A stretch of 64,000 nucleotides of DNA from Camelus dromedarius (GCF_036321535.1 NC_087437.1:50160001-50224000), one strand, 5' to 3'. Shown: positions 11,609-25,930, numbered from the stretch's first letter. Notes: generated by a model not told the origin, from the letters alone. Translations and numbers: made by a program.

Positions 11609-14600
11609 AACATTGCTAAACTTATGAAAGAAAAATAAAAATCTTTCAATCCAGATTTCTGTATCCTGCAAAATTATCCATTAAGTGTGAAGATGAATTT
11701 AACACATTTTCAAAAAAATCGAAAATTGGAAAATTTTGCTGCCAGCAGACCTGCACTACAAGAAATATTAAAGAAAGCTCTTCAGTCTAAAGGGATATTG
11801 CACTAGATCAAAACACAGATTTACAGCAAAGAATACTAAGCATTAGAAATGATAAATATAAAAACCCCTATTTGTTTTCTTTTGATTTTTTAAAATAACA
11901 TGACTGTTTAAAGCAAAAATTATAATGCTGTTGTAGAGTTTGTTTCATAGTTAGAGAAAATATATTTGACAACAAAAACAGAAGAACAAATGGATTGAAT
12001 AAGAAAACAAAGCACAAAGTGGTAGACAAAAAATACAGCCATATCCATAATCATATTGAATATAAATAGACTAAATTGTAATTGAAAGACAAAATTAACA
12101 GACTATACAGCAAAGCAAGACTCAATTATATGCTGTACATAATAGATGCCCTTTAGAGGTAAAGTCACAGATGGATTAAAAGTAAAAGGATAAAAAAACA
12201 AGTAGGAAGCAACAGAAAGCTGGAGTGACTATATTAATACCAGACAAAATTAACTTTAAGAAATTTAAGGATTATTACCAGAGATAAAGAGACAAATTTT
12301 ATAATGCTAAAAGAGTCAGTTCATCAGGAAGATAAAACAATCATTTATGTGTATGAACCTAATTAACAGACAAGCAAAATATATGAAGCAAAAACTGACT
12401 AGTTGGAGATTTTAACATCCCTTTCTTAGTTATTGATAGAAAAACTGCTTTTAAAAAATGAGTAAGAATATAGAAGAGCTGAATAACACTGCTAGCCACT
12501 TTAACCTAATGACACAAAACACTCAAAAATTTCAGAATATATATTCTTTTCAAGTATACATGGAACATTTAGTAGAATAATCTCTATATGCTGAGCCATA
12601 AACTGTCTGAATACATTTTTAAATATTGAAATCTTACAGGGTATATTCTGTAACCACAAAGGAATTGATTAGAAATGAATGGTAATAGAATATCAAGAAA
12701 AGCCACCAAATATTTGGAAATTAAACAACACATTTCTAAATAAATCCATGAGTTAAAGAAAACAGAGAAAGTATAAAATATTTTTGATAGAACGACAATT
12801 AAATTGCAACATACCAAATTTACGGTATGTAGCTAATGCAATGCTCAGATGAAAATTTATAGTGTAAAATACATATGTTAGATAAGAGAAAAATTTTATG
12901 ATCAATATTCAAGTTCCAATTTGAAGGTTAAAAAAAGTAAATTAATCCTAAATTAAGTGCAAGGAAGTAAAAAATAAAGAGCAGAAATCAATGAAATGTA
13001 AAACAAATGCTTGACAAATTTGGCAAAACCAAAAGCTGGTTCTTTGAAAAGAGCAACCAAATTGATAAATCCCTAGTTAGAAAGTATAATAAAGAAAAAA
13101 AGTGATTGAAATTATTAATATCAGTAACAAAAGAGAGGTTACAACTACAAATCACAGATATTAAATGAAAATTTTGTGCCAATTAATTTTACAACATAGA
13201 TGAAATGGATAAATTTCTTGTAAAATATGTAACTTAGGAAAATGACATATATGATGTAGAAAATCTGAATAACCTTGTACCTATTACAAAAATTGACTTC
13301 ATGATCAAAAAACATCCTACAAAGGAACCATAAGCCTAGATGATTACCAATAAATCCTATCAAATATTTAAGGGAGATGTGACACCAGTCTTATACAAAT
13401 TTTTTTTTAATCTTGAAAGAGAATTCTCATCTCATTTTGTGAGATGACACAAACCATGATACCAAAACTTAGCAAAAATATTACAAGAAATAAAAATTAC
13501 AGACTAGTATGATCAAATGAATGCACATACAAAAATGGTAATAAAAAAAAGAAAGAAAAGAAAAGAAAAAAAGTATTGTCCAAAAAAATCCAGCAACATA
13601 TAAAAAAGATAATGCAGCATGACCAAGTAAATTTTGTATAGGAATGGAAGGTTGGTTCAACATTTGAAAATCAGTCAATATAATATTAGAGTAAATGAGA
13701 AAACCCATATAATAATTTCAATGAATTCAGAAGACACCTGGTAAAATGCAATGCCCATTCGTTAAAAAAAAAATTGCTCTCAGCAAGCTAGGACTACAGA
13801 GCAACTTCCTAAATCTGAAAAAGGGCAACAGCAAAAAGCCTGCAACTAATATATTTAATGATGAAATACTAAATGCCTTTCCTCTAAGACCGGGAACAAG
13901 TAAAGGATTTTTATCATTTTTATACAGTATTGTACTGGAACTTTTAGCTAGTGCAACAAAGCAAGAAAAAATAAATAAGAGGTACACAGATTGGAAAGGA
14001 AAAAGTATAACTGTCTCTGTTCATATGGCATGATAGCGTATGTAGAAAGCGCTAAAGAATCTACAAAGCAACTACTAAAACTTAAAGTAAATTCAGCAAA
14101 GTCATGAATAAATATAACAACATGCACAAATTTCAGACATTATTCACATTATATTAAAAAAGCCAGACACAAAAATCTACATGATATATGATCCCATTTA
14201 TACAAAATTCTGGAACAAACAAGATTATACAAAGGTGAAAAAAATTGGAAAAGATATTGCCTTGAGGGAAGGGGTTAACTGGTAATGGACATAAGGAAGC
14301 CTTCTGGGGGGTGGAAAGATTTCATATATTGATAGCAGTGTAGAGTATACAAGTGTATGCATTTGTCAAAACTCATTAGATTGTATACTTAGGATATGTG
14401 TATTTCACTGTATTTAATTTTACCAAAAAAAAAAGTAAAGGACTATAAACAGATACTGAACTCTAATGAGTAAATTTGCTTTTTTCAGTAGTATGGTTTA
14501 GCAGTTCTAAAGTTAATTTGTGTAAGACAAAGTGAGTAAACATTTTAGGCTTAAACAAATGAGTAAATATATTGCTAAAAATGAGAACCAGATTTCTCCT

Positions 14601-14720
14601 TGTAGGAGTTACAAATAGATAAGGAGGAAGACAAGAATGTACCCTGAGGTGTTGGGTTGAAACTGAGAGTATCAGTATGACCTTTTAGAGATGACAGATG
14701 ATAGGTAGAGAGACAGAGAC

Positions 14721-15268
<548 letters not shown>

Positions 15269-15514
15269 ACGATATCTCCTAGCTGTAGAGCTGGGGGCAG
15301 GGAGGAGAGCTAGGTAAGAAAATTACAAGATGAGCATAAACATATTCTTGTGCCAGAAATTAAGGAAATGCTCAAAGAATAATGAGTTCATATCAAAAGG
15401 ATACAGGAGCCAGCTTAAAGTTGCTCCCTTTGGCAAAATCTGGGACAATTTGTACATCAAAATAATTAATAATAGTAATTGATTATAACTTTTGAATAAA
15501 AGAAAAATCCAGAT

Positions 15515-16010
15515 ATGTTTTGTTTGTTTCCTGGGGCTGCTGTAATAAAGTTCCTCTAACTGGGTGATTTGAAACAACAGAAATTTGTTGTTTCACAGGT
15601 TTGGAGATTGGAAGTCCAAAATCAGGGTGTTGACAAGGGCTGTGCTCCCTCTGAAATCTATAGAGAAATCCTTCTTTGCCTCTTCCTAGCACTGCCTAGG
15701 TGGTTTGCCAACATATCTTTGGCATTCCTTGGCTTGTAGAGGCATCCCTCTGATCCTCCATCTTTACATGGCATTCTCTCTGTGTGTCTTCATATCATCC
15801 TCTCTCTTGTGTGTATCTGTAACCAAATTTCTCCTTTTTATAAGGACACAAGTCATACTTTTTAAGGCCCAACTTAATAAGCTCATCTTAACTTGATTAA
15901 ATCATCAAAGATCTTGTTTCCAAAAAAGATCATATTCTGAGGTGCTGTGATCATAACTTCAACACATCTTTTGGGGTGGGGGGTGGAGGAGATACAATTC
16001 AATCCAGAAG
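15515..16010 (-). mobile_element. MaLR solo LTR (MLT1C-like)
   Basis: tttcctggggctgctgtaataaag...aacaacagaaattt...ggaagtccaaaatcagggtgttg...ttttataaggacac...gatacaattcaatcc. Confidence 0.85.
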
Positions 16011-16921
16011 AATGCATATTGCAATGAAAAAGTAAGTAAATATTAGGTAAAATAGAATCCTTGTTTGTAGTAGAAAGCCAGCTAATAAATATAGGAGGAA
16101 TGATGGAAATAGAAAATGATCAATAGGCTAAACCAAATGGGCAAAATTTTGATGAGTTATGAGACAGTAAATAGTCACAAAATATCTCTGCTCAATATAA
16201 TTATTAATTTTGAAAGGGATAATATTACCTTTACAGAAGAAAATCTTGTGCCTACCACTTCAATTATGTAATCAAAGTAAACATCACCAGTGTTGGAACA
16301 GATATCTTGTGCCTCACTAAGAAAGATACATCACCTCAGTGATATTCATACCAAAAATGCATAACATGATTTAAATCATGAAGAAAAAGTAGGCATCCAA
16401 ATGAGGGCTTGAGGGACATTCTACAAAATCACTGGCCTGAACTCCTCAAAAATGTCAAGATTAAGAAAAATGAATGGCTGAACAATAGCTTCAGATTAAA
16501 GGAGACTAAAGAGACATGATAACTAAGTCATGCATGATCCCAGATTGGATTCTGTACTCAAAAAAGATTTCTATAAGAAGCATATTAGGACAACTGACAA
16601 AATTTGAAGATGGACTGCAGACTAGACAGTACTATATCAATGTTTAATTTCCTGCTTTTGAAACTTGCATTGTGATTATATAGGAGAATGTCCTTGTTCT
16701 TCAAAAATACATATTTAACTATGTATTAAGTGTGGTTTAGACAAATAATATGCAAATGTGTAAAATAGAATAATAAAAAATGGAGAAAAATATTTTTAAA
16801 TTGGTAAATATGGGTAAAGGGTAGGCAGGAATGCCCTGCAATATTACTACAACATAGGAGTAAATCTCAAATTATATTAATTAAATAAAATCAGAAAAAA
16901 ACATAGAAGTAGAAGAAAGGA

Positions 16922-17165
16922 TAACAACCCAAATGTCCATCAACACATGACTGGATAAAAAAGATGTGGTACATATATACAACTGAACACTACTCAGCCA
17001 TAAAAAAGAATAAAATAATGCCATTTGCAGCAATATGGATGGACCCAAAGACTGTCATTGAAAGTGAAGTGGGCCAGAAGGAGAAAGAAAAATGCCGTAT
17101 GACATCATTTATATGAAGAATCTAAAAAATAATAACATGAATAATAAGGACACAAATGAACTAAT
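16922..17165 (+). mobile_element. LINE-1 ORF2-end fragment lacking most of the 3'UTR and the tail
   Basis: aacaacccaaatgtccatcaac...gccatttgcagcaatatggatggacc...gacacaaatgaact, then non-L1 sequence. Confidence 0.85.
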
Positions 17166-18852
17166 TATTATTTTGATTTCTTGAATGTGTGTAAGCACAT
17201 TTGACCGTCCTTTATGATTGGATTACCGCATTCTGTTGATTCTTATCTTGTAGTTGGCTTTATTCCTTTGATAACTATATAAGTTTAAAAAGCTAAAGAT
17301 CTAATCTGTTCTTAGAAACAATAATTAGTACATATATGAAAACTAAAAAAATGTGCAGTATACTGTTTATATGTATTTACGTGCAATATAATGGGTATGT
17401 GCAAACTGTAATAATTTTACATAATAAAACTGGAAAAAATAAATAATAAATATTTTAAAAAGAATCCATTCTGACAATATGATAATAAATATCCATTGCT
17501 TACATGTTAAAAAAAAAGTATTAAAGGCTTTATCCTTCATAGCAGGAAATCAATCAGTACTGTAAAAACTGGAAACATTTCACTCTTAAAAAGTAATATT
17601 GTTAATGTCTTGATGCTTTTCAAAATCTTTAAGCTTAGGATCTTAGGGGAGTAATATCTCTTGAGGAGAAAAACATTTATCAAAAATCCTGCTTTTCAAA
17701 ATCTAGGAGAATAAAATTCAGTATATTTCTAATAGCTGGTGAAGTATGATTTCATTATTTTTAAAAATTTTTAAATGAAGTATAGCTGATTTATAGTGTT
17801 GTGTTAGTTTCTGGCTTATAGCATAGTGATTCATTTATATATTATATACATTATTCATAATAGATAATTACAAGATATTGAATATAGTTCTCAGTGGTAT
17901 ACAGTAGGACCTTGTTTATCTATATTGTATATAATAGTTTGTATCTCCTAATCTCAAATTCCTCATTTATCCCTCCCACTGTCTCTTCCCCTTTGGTAAC
18001 CATAAATTTTTTTCTTTGTGAGTTGGTTTTGATTCTGTAAATAAGTTCATTTGTATCATTTTTCAGATTCCACATATAAGTGATATATGATATTTATCTT
18101 TGTCTGACTTACTCCTCTTAATATGATAATCTTGAGGGCCATCCATGTTGCTGCAAATGGTATTATTTAATTCCTTTTTATGAATGAGTAGTATTCAATT
18201 GTATATATACATACCACAACTTCTATATCAGTCATCTGTCAGTGGGCATTGTTTCCATGTCTTGGCTATTGTAAATAGTGCTGCCATGAACATTGGGGTG
18301 TATATATCTTTCCAAATCAGAGTTTCCTCCAGATAAATGATCAGGAATGGGATGGCTGGATCTCATGATAAGTCTATTTTTAGTTTTCTGAGGAATCTCC
18401 ATATTGTTTTCAATAATGGCTGCACCAAACTACATTCCTACCAACAGTGTAGGAGGGTTTCCTTTTTTCCACACCCTCTCCAGTGTTTGTCATTTTTTGA
18501 ACTTTTTAATGATGGCCATTCTGAGTGGTGTGAGGTGAAAACTCATTGTAGTTTTGATTTGCATTTCACTGATAATTAGTGATATTGAACATTTTTTCAT
18601 GTGTCTATTAGCCATTTGTATGTCTTCATTGGAGAATTGGTTCTTTAGGTCTTCTGCCCTGTTTTGGATTAGGTTGTTTGTTTTTTGGTTATTAAGTTGT
18701 ATGAGCTGTTTGTATATTCTGGAAATTAAGCCCTTGTCAATCACATCATTTTCAAATATTTTCTCCCATTCCGTAGGTTATCTTTTTGTTTTGTTTATGG
18801 TCCTTGCCCTAAGAGAACATTGCTAAGATTTATGTCAGAAAATGTTTTGCCT

Positions 18853-19458
18853 TATATCCAGAGGGAACCTTAATTCAAAAAGACACCTGCACCCCAATGT
18901 TCATAGCAGCACTATTTACAATAGTCAAGACATGGAAACCTAAATGTCCACTGACAGATGACTGGATAAAGAAGTTGTGGTGTATTTATACAACGGAATA
19001 CTACTCAGGCATAAAATTGAATAAAATAATGCCATTTGCAGCAACATAGTTGGACCTGGAGAATATCATTCTAAGTAAAATAAGCCAGAAAGAGAAAGAA
19101 AAATACCATATGATATCACTCATATGTGGAATCAAAAAAAAGGGACAAATGAACTTATATAAAAAACAGAAACAGACTCACAGACATAGAATACAAACTT
19201 ATGGTTACCAGAAGGGCAGGGCGTGGGAAGGGATAAACTGGGAGTTTGAGATTTGCAGATTCTGACTGGTATATATAAAATAGATACACAAGTTTATATT
19301 GTATGGCACAGGAAAATATATTCAATATCTTGTAGTAGCTTATGGCAAAAAAGAATATGAAAATGAATATATGTATATTCATGTATGACTGAAGCATTGT
19401 GCTGTACACCAGAAATTGACACAACATTGTAAACTGACTATACTTCAGTAAAAAAAAG
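18853..19458 (+). mobile_element. 5'-truncated LINE-1 (606 bp) inserted antisense into host L1
   Basis: Perfect 16-bp TSD agaaaatgttttgcct at 18837-18852 and 19459-19474; ORF2 end, 3'UTR and A tail. Confidence 0.95.
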
Positions 19459-20205
19459 AGAAAATGTTTTGCCTATTATGTATTGCCTATGTTGTCTTCT
19501 AGGAGATTTATGGTGTTCTGCCTTATGTTTAAGTCTTTAAGCAACTTTGAGTTTACTTTTGTGTATGGTGTAAGGAAGTGTTCCAAATTCACTGATTTAC
19601 ATGTGGCTGTCCATTTTCCCAACACCATTTGCTGAAGAGACTGTCTTTTCTCCACTGTATATTCTTGCTTCCTTTGTGGAAGATTTATTGACCATGAGTC
19701 TGTGGGTTCATTTCTGGGCTCTCTATTCTATTCCGTTGACCTGTCTGTTTTTGTGCCAGTACCACACTGTTTTGATTACTGAGTTCTGTAATATTACCTG
19801 AAGCCTGGGAGGATTATTCCTCCAGCTTCTTTCTTATTCTTCAGTATTGCTTTTGCAATTCTGAGTCTTTTATGATTCCATGTAAATTTTAGGATTATTT
19901 GTGCTAGTTCTGTGAAAAATGTCCTGGGTAATTTGATAGGGATTGCATTAAATCTGTACATTGCTTTGGGAAGTATTACCATTTTAACAATATTAATTCT
20001 TTTAATCCAAGAGCATGCAATATCTTTCCATTTCTATAAATCAATTTCATTTTCCTTAATCAATGTTTTATAGTTCTTGGCATATGTCTTTCACCTCCTT
20101 GGTCAGGGTTATTCCTTACTCTTTTTTGTGATGTAATTTCAAAAGGGATTGCTTTTTAACTTTCCTTTTCTGGTATTTCATTGTTAGTGTAAAGAAATGC
20201 AACAG

Positions 20206-20309
20206 CCTGGGTTCAATCCCCAATACTTCAATTAAAATAAGTAATTAATTAATTAAACCTAATTACCTCCCCCCCAAAAAAAAACAAAAACAAAAACAAA
20301 AACAAAAAT
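20206..20309 (+). mobile_element. 5'-truncated tRNA-derived SINE, camelid Vic-1-like
   Basis: B-box ggttcaatccc, aaacctaattacctccccccc, (CAAAAA)n tail; 12-bp TSD gaaatgcaacag at 20194-20205 and 20310-20321. Confidence 0.85.
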
Positions 20310-23300
20310 GAAATGCAACAGATTTCTGTATGTTAATCTTGTATCCTGCTCCTTGCTGAATTCATTTATCAGTTCTAGTAATTTCTGTGTGGTTTTTAAG
20401 GTTTTCTATGTATAGTATCTTGTCACCTGCATATAATGACAGTTTTACCTCTTCCCTTCTGATTTGGATACCTTTTATTTCTTTTTCTTGTCTGATTGCT
20501 GTCGCTAGGACATCCCAATACTGTGTTGAATAGAAGTGGTGAGAATGGGCATCCTTGTCTTGTTCCAGATTTTAGCAGGAAGGTTGTCAGTTTTTCACCA
20601 CTGAGTATTATGTTGGATGTGGGTTTGTCATAAATATCTTTTATAATACTGAGATATGTTCCCTCTATACCCACTTTGGTAAGAGTTTTTTTTAACGTGA
20701 ATGGATGCTGAATTGTATCAAATGCTGTTTCTGCATGTATTGAGTTGATTATGTGGCTTTTGTTCTTTCTTTTTTTGATGTGGTGTATCATATTGGTTGA
20801 TTTACATATGTTGAACCATCTCTGTGACCCTGGGAGGAATTCAGCTTGATCATAGTGTATGATCTTTTTTATGTGTTGTTGGAAACAGTTTGCTAATATT
20901 TTGTTGAGGATTTTTACATCTATATTCATCAAAGACATTGGCCTGTAGTTTTCTTTTCTGGTAGTGTCTTTGTCTCATTTTGGTATCAAGGTGATGGTGG
21001 CTTCATAGAATGAGTTTGGGACTCTTCCCTCCTCTTCAATCTTTTGGAAGGTTTTGAGAAGAATTGGTATCAGTTTTTCTTTTTATGTTTCACAGAATTC
21101 CCCAGTGAAGCCATTCATTCCTGGGCTTGTTTGCAGGGAGGTTTTTGGTTTTTGTTTTTTGTTTTTTACAGATTCTATTTCACTTCTAGTGATCAGTCTG
21201 TTTGAATTATCTATTTCTTCTTAATTTAGTTTTGCTGGGCTGTATGTTTCTAGAAACTTGTCCATTTCTTCTAGGCTGTCCAATTTGTTGTCATAGAATT
21301 GATCATAGTATTCTCTTATGTTTTTTTTTATATCTGTGGTATCAGTTGTTATTTCTCCTCTTTCATTTCTCGTTTTGTTTATTTGAGTCCTCTCTCTTTT
21401 CTTTTTGGTGAGCCTGGCCAGAGGTTTCTCAATTTTCTTTACCCTTTCAAAAAACCAGCTCTTGATTTTATTGCTTTTTCTGTTGTGTTTAATCTCTATT
21501 TTATTATTTCCTCCCTGATCTTTATCATTTCTTTCCTTCTGTTGACTTTAGTTTTTATTTGTTCTTCTTTTTCTAATTCTTTTAGGTGGCACGTTAAGTT
21601 GTTAATTTGAGATTTTTCTTGTTTTTTGAGGAAGGCCTGTATCGCTATGAATTTCCCTCTTTGATTTCATCCTTGACCCGGTGATTTTTTAGTAACATCT
21701 TGTTTAGTCTCCATATAATCATTTTTTCTCATTTCTCTTTCTGTGCTTGATTTCTAGTTTCATGCTATTGTGGTCAGAAAAGATATTTGAAATAATTTCT
21801 GTCCTCTTAAATTTGTTGAGGCTTGTTTCATGTTTTAGTATGTGATCTGTCCTAGAGAATGTCCAATGAGCACTTGAAAATAATGTGTGCTCTGTTTCTT
21901 TCAGATGTATTGTGAAAATATCAATTAAAGCTAACTGTTCTGTTGTGTCTTAGGATGTCTATTGCCTTATTGATTTTTCTGTATGAAATATCTGTCCATT
22001 GATGTCGGTAGGGTGCTAAAGTCTCCTATTGTTATTTTATTCCCATCAGTTTCTCCATTTATGTCTGTTAGTATTTGTTTTATGTATTTAGGTTCTCCTT
22101 TACTGGGTGCATATATGTTAACAAGTGTAATTCCTTATCTTGTATTCATCCTTTTATCATTACATAGTGTCCTTCTTTACCTTCCTTTATGGCCTTTGTT
22201 TTAAGGTCTATTTTGTCTGAGTATTACTACCCCCACATTCTTGTCATTTCCATTTGCATGAAGTATCTTTTTACATCCTCTCACATTCAATCTATGTGTG
22301 TCCTTTGCCCTAAAGTGGGTCTCTTGTAGGCAGCACATTGTAGGCTCTTGTTTTGTTATTCAATCTGCCACTCTGTGTCTTTTGATTGGTGTATTTAGTC
22401 CATTGACATTTAAGGTAATTATTGTTAGATATGTTTATTGTTTTCCAGTTGATTTTGTATTTCTTCTTTCTTTTTCTTTTTGCTTTTCCTTTTGTGGTTT
22501 GATGATATTCTTTTGTATTGTGTTTGAATTCTCTTCTTTTTGTTTTTTTGTGAATCTATTCTATGTATTTGATTTGTGGTTACCCTGTTTTTCAAGTATG
22601 TTAACCCATTTACTTTATCTACTTGCATTAGACTAGTAGTCATATAAGCTTAAACACATTATAAAAAAACTACATTTTCTTACTCCCCTCCTCCACATTT
22701 TATGTTTTGATGTCCTCTTTTACATTTTCATGTTTTTCTTTTGTTGTTCATTATAGTTACCGCATTTCCAATTGTGATTTTTCTCTTTTCTGTAGATTCT
22801 TGCTTCTTTTCCATTTAGAGAAAACCTTTCAATGTTTCTTTTAGGATAGGTTTAGTATTGCTATATTCTTTTAGTTTTTGCTTGTCTAAGAAATTCTTTA
22901 TCTCTATTCTAAATGATAATCTTGCTGGGCAGAGTATCCTAGGTTGCAGGTTTTCCCTTCCAGGATTTTGAATACATCTTGTCAGTTCCTTCTGGCCTGC
23001 AATGTTTCTGTAGAGAAATCAGCCTATAGCCTTATGGGGGTTCCACTGTAACTAACTCTTTGTTTTTCTTTTGCTGCCTTTAGAATCCTCTCTCTGTCTT
23101 TAACTATTGTCATTTTAATTAGGATATGTCTTGGTGTAGGTCTGTTTGGGTTCATCTTATTTAGGATTTTCTATGCTTCCTGTACCTGGATATTGTTTCC
23201 ATCTTTAGGTTTGGGAAGTTTTTAGCCATAATTTCTTGAAATACATTTTCTATCCTTTTTTCTCTTTCTTCCCCTTCAGGGATCCCTATTATGTACAGAT

Positions 23301-25239
23301 TGTCATGCTTTATATTATCCCATAGATCTTATATATTACTTTCTTTTTTTAAAATCATTTCATGTCTTTTTGTCTGCTGTTCTAATTGTGTGATTTCCAT
23401 TAGTCTATCTTCCACTTATTTGTTCTTCTGCATTATTTAGTCTGCTCTTCATTGCCTTCAGCTCAGCTTTCATCTCAGCAAATGAGTTTTCTCATTTTAA
23501 TTGGCTCTTCTTTACAGTTTCTTGGTCCTTTTTACAGTGATCTGCATTTCTGTCAATGACCTTTCTTAATTCCTTCAGTATTTCTGTTATCTACTTTTTG
23601 AACTCAAGTTCTGGTAGACTGCAGAGGTCTGTTTCATTGTTTGTTCTTTCAGGGGATTTCTGTTGTCTTTTGGGGGGGAATGGTTCCTCTGCTTCTTTAT
23701 TTTACTTTTATTTGTCTGACTATGAATTTAGGAGTAACAATTATCTACTGTGGCCTTGAAGGTCTATTTTTATGTGGGAGCATCCTTGTGTAGCCTGTGT
23801 GAGTTTAATATTTTTGTTGGGGGCTGTTTTTAGTATGGATGCCTGCCTTATCCTTTCTCTGTGTGTATTGGCTGTTATCCCCTTGATAAGGGGATATGAT
23901 TGGTGTTGTGATGACCAGAGCCTTCACTGGATGTTGAGCAGACATCCTCTTCACTCTGCACTTTTCATAGCCCTGTTGTAGGTTGGGTCTACTCTTCATT
24001 TGTTGGAGTAAAAGCCCGCAGATCTTTTTCTAAGCTCTGGTATGAGGTATGCAGGAGTGGAGTGCTTCCACTGTGAGAGGAGCCACTGAGTAATCTTCCA
24101 CAGGAGCTGTCCACTGGGAAGTACACTCTGTGGTATCGCCTGTCACCCATTGTGCATGCTCACAAAGTACACTGTTGTTGGAGCTGCCCTTGGCCCTGCT
24201 ACAGCTGTGAGAATGCAAGCAGTCTGAGTGTCTCAGACACTGTGCTCACAAAGCCACCAGAGCAGATAGACTTAAGTCAGGCACCAGCTCCCCCACCCCA
24301 ACCCACTGTAGCTGCACACCTGGACCCTCCCTGGGATCTACGGAGTCAGCCCAGACCCCAACACTGCCTCCATGTACCTGGAAAGCCTACAGCTGATAAT
24401 GCCAAACCTGCCCCAGCCATGTACCCAGTATTCTGTTCACATGTCCCACAGCTGCTGAGCCAACAAAGGCACTGGAGGAGTAAATTCTCCAGAGTCTCCT
24501 GGGACACAGCTCAGACTTCAGCTCCACTTCTGAAGTTGCATGGCACCTAGAAATGGGCTCAGATTTCAGTGCTGCCTCTGCTTAGGGGCAGACCATCTGT
24601 GCTTACATATTTAAGGTCATAGAGTTGGAGCCATGCTGACTGTGAGCACATCAAGAAGGAGGCTGCTATGGTGGGGTTCTGCCCTACCTTCACACATGTT
24701 AACAATGGGGCTTTTTATGACAGACCCTGGCTCCATTGTACACATTTGTAGCCCATACCACACTCCAGCTCCTTCAGGCTGTCTCTGAGCAGCCAATCCC
24801 GGTCTTCTCCCCAGGTCTGTCCTCTAAAGTCCGAGTTTCAGCACCCATCCCCTGCATGCACCAGCAGATGTATCTCTCAGGCTGGGGAGTGCATCAAGGT
24901 GGCACAGATCCTCTGTGCTGGCCTCTCTCTGTCTGCCTGCTGCACTCTCCTCCAAGCTTCTGAAGTTCGCTATCTGGCCTGGCTGATATCCCTGCTGGTG
25001 AAGGGACTTTCCAAGGTGAGAGAACCTTTCTTTTTTCACAACTTCCTCCCAGTGGCACAGGTCCCATCCCAATTTTCCTTTTTATTCCATCCTACCTGGT
25101 TACATGGTGATCTTTATTATAGTTTTGATTGTATGAGATCATCTGCCAGAGTTCAGTAAGTATTCTGTGAGTAGTTTTCCACATGTAGATATATTTTTGA
25201 TGTATTTGTTGGAGGAGTGAGCTCCACTTCCTTCTATTC

Positions 25240-25250
25240 TGCCATCTTGA
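25240..25250 (-). promoter_or_regulatory. YY1-type motif (caagatggc) at L1 5' end / internal promoter remnant
   Basis: gccatcttg on plus strand ~12 bp from the L1 5' terminus; the same motif (ccatcttgg) sits at ~34372 in the second L1. Confidence 0.55.
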
Positions 25251-25271
25251 TTTCTGCCTCCTTTCATTCTT

Positions 25272-25480
25272 ATAAAATTATTTCTACATCTATGTATTTA
25301 TTTCTTGCCCTACCTATCAGTTTATCTGTTAATCTCTGTATAGGCTTATAGAGTTCACTGAAGCAGTGTTCACCAAATGTTCCACTAGGTTATTTATAAG
25401 TAAATTTTTCTTTCTTTGTACTTTTTATACTACTTGAAGTTTTGATAATAAGCATATATTATTTTTATAAAAAATAATGT
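25272..25480 (+). mobile_element. Ancient L1ME-type 3' end (host of the 17.76-25.26 kb L1)
   Basis: agtatgatttcatt (left flank) continues as tttcattcttataaaa...caccaaatgtt...aataagcatatattatttttataa. Confidence 0.55.
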
Positions 25481-25902
25481 ACATATTCTAACATAGATAA
25501 TGGCATTTACATTACATTTACATTTTGATTCTCAAAACATAATGATATTAATTTTGATTTGATAAAATATTAACATGCTAAAGTCATTTCCAGTTCTATA
25601 AACAAACTAAAAACCCAACAGAAAGTATCTGCTCCACATTTCAAGAGTAATGAGTTCAATCATGTTAAGGTTATAATTTTGTTAGTCTGCTAATTTTTTT
25701 CCTCTCACTGCAACTAGAAATTAATTCTTTGTCAGTCTTAACAATTAGTGTTCTTATCTTTTTTCTGTAATAAAGATGACATTAGATCAAAATCTTTTCA
25801 TTTTTCTTCTCTTAAAAATCCACAGTAATAGTCTAGTCGTGACAAGCATGTGATAATATCATCTGCACAGAAAAATAAGATTTCACAATTTCACAACCAT
25901 CC

Positions 25903-25930
25903 ATACCAACTACCTTATACCAACTACCTT
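25903..25930. repeat. Perfect 14-bp tandem duplication
   Basis: ataccaactacctt x2. Confidence 0.9.

Larger units (their letters stand above)
9155..14435 (+). mobile_element. Old LINE-1 (L1MD/L1ME-type) with decayed 5'UTR, ORF1, ORF2 and 3' end; internally deleted
   Basis: ORF2 remnant 13746-14033 (NFLNLKKG...ILNAFPLRPGT...SIVLELLASATKQEK); old L1 3' end at 14150-14435; hosts two younger inserts. Confidence 0.85.
17760..25261 (-). mobile_element. Essentially full-length but decayed LINE-1 (5'UTR, ORF1, ORF2, 3'UTR) with two nested inserts
   Basis: 5' start ggaggcagaaatcaagatggc on minus; ORF2 RT remnants (20423-20938 [16 protein letters not shown]...[14 protein letters not shown]); T tail near 17760; probable TSD tttcattatt (17750-17759)/tttcattctt (25262-25271). 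Confidence 0.93.

Noticed and set aside
20206..20225. tRNA gene suggested by the B-box
   Set aside because: No A box or cloverleaf; it is the remnant head of a SINE with tail and TSD
24030..25159. GC-richer ORFs suggesting a gene or CpG-island promoter (also 33034-34054)
   Set aside because: These are decayed L1 5'UTRs, CpG-depleted and contiguous with L1 ORF1
17760..25261. Possible active full-length L1
   Set aside because: ORF1 and ORF2 are fragmented by stops, deletions (e.g. near 18800 and 21660) and two nested insertions
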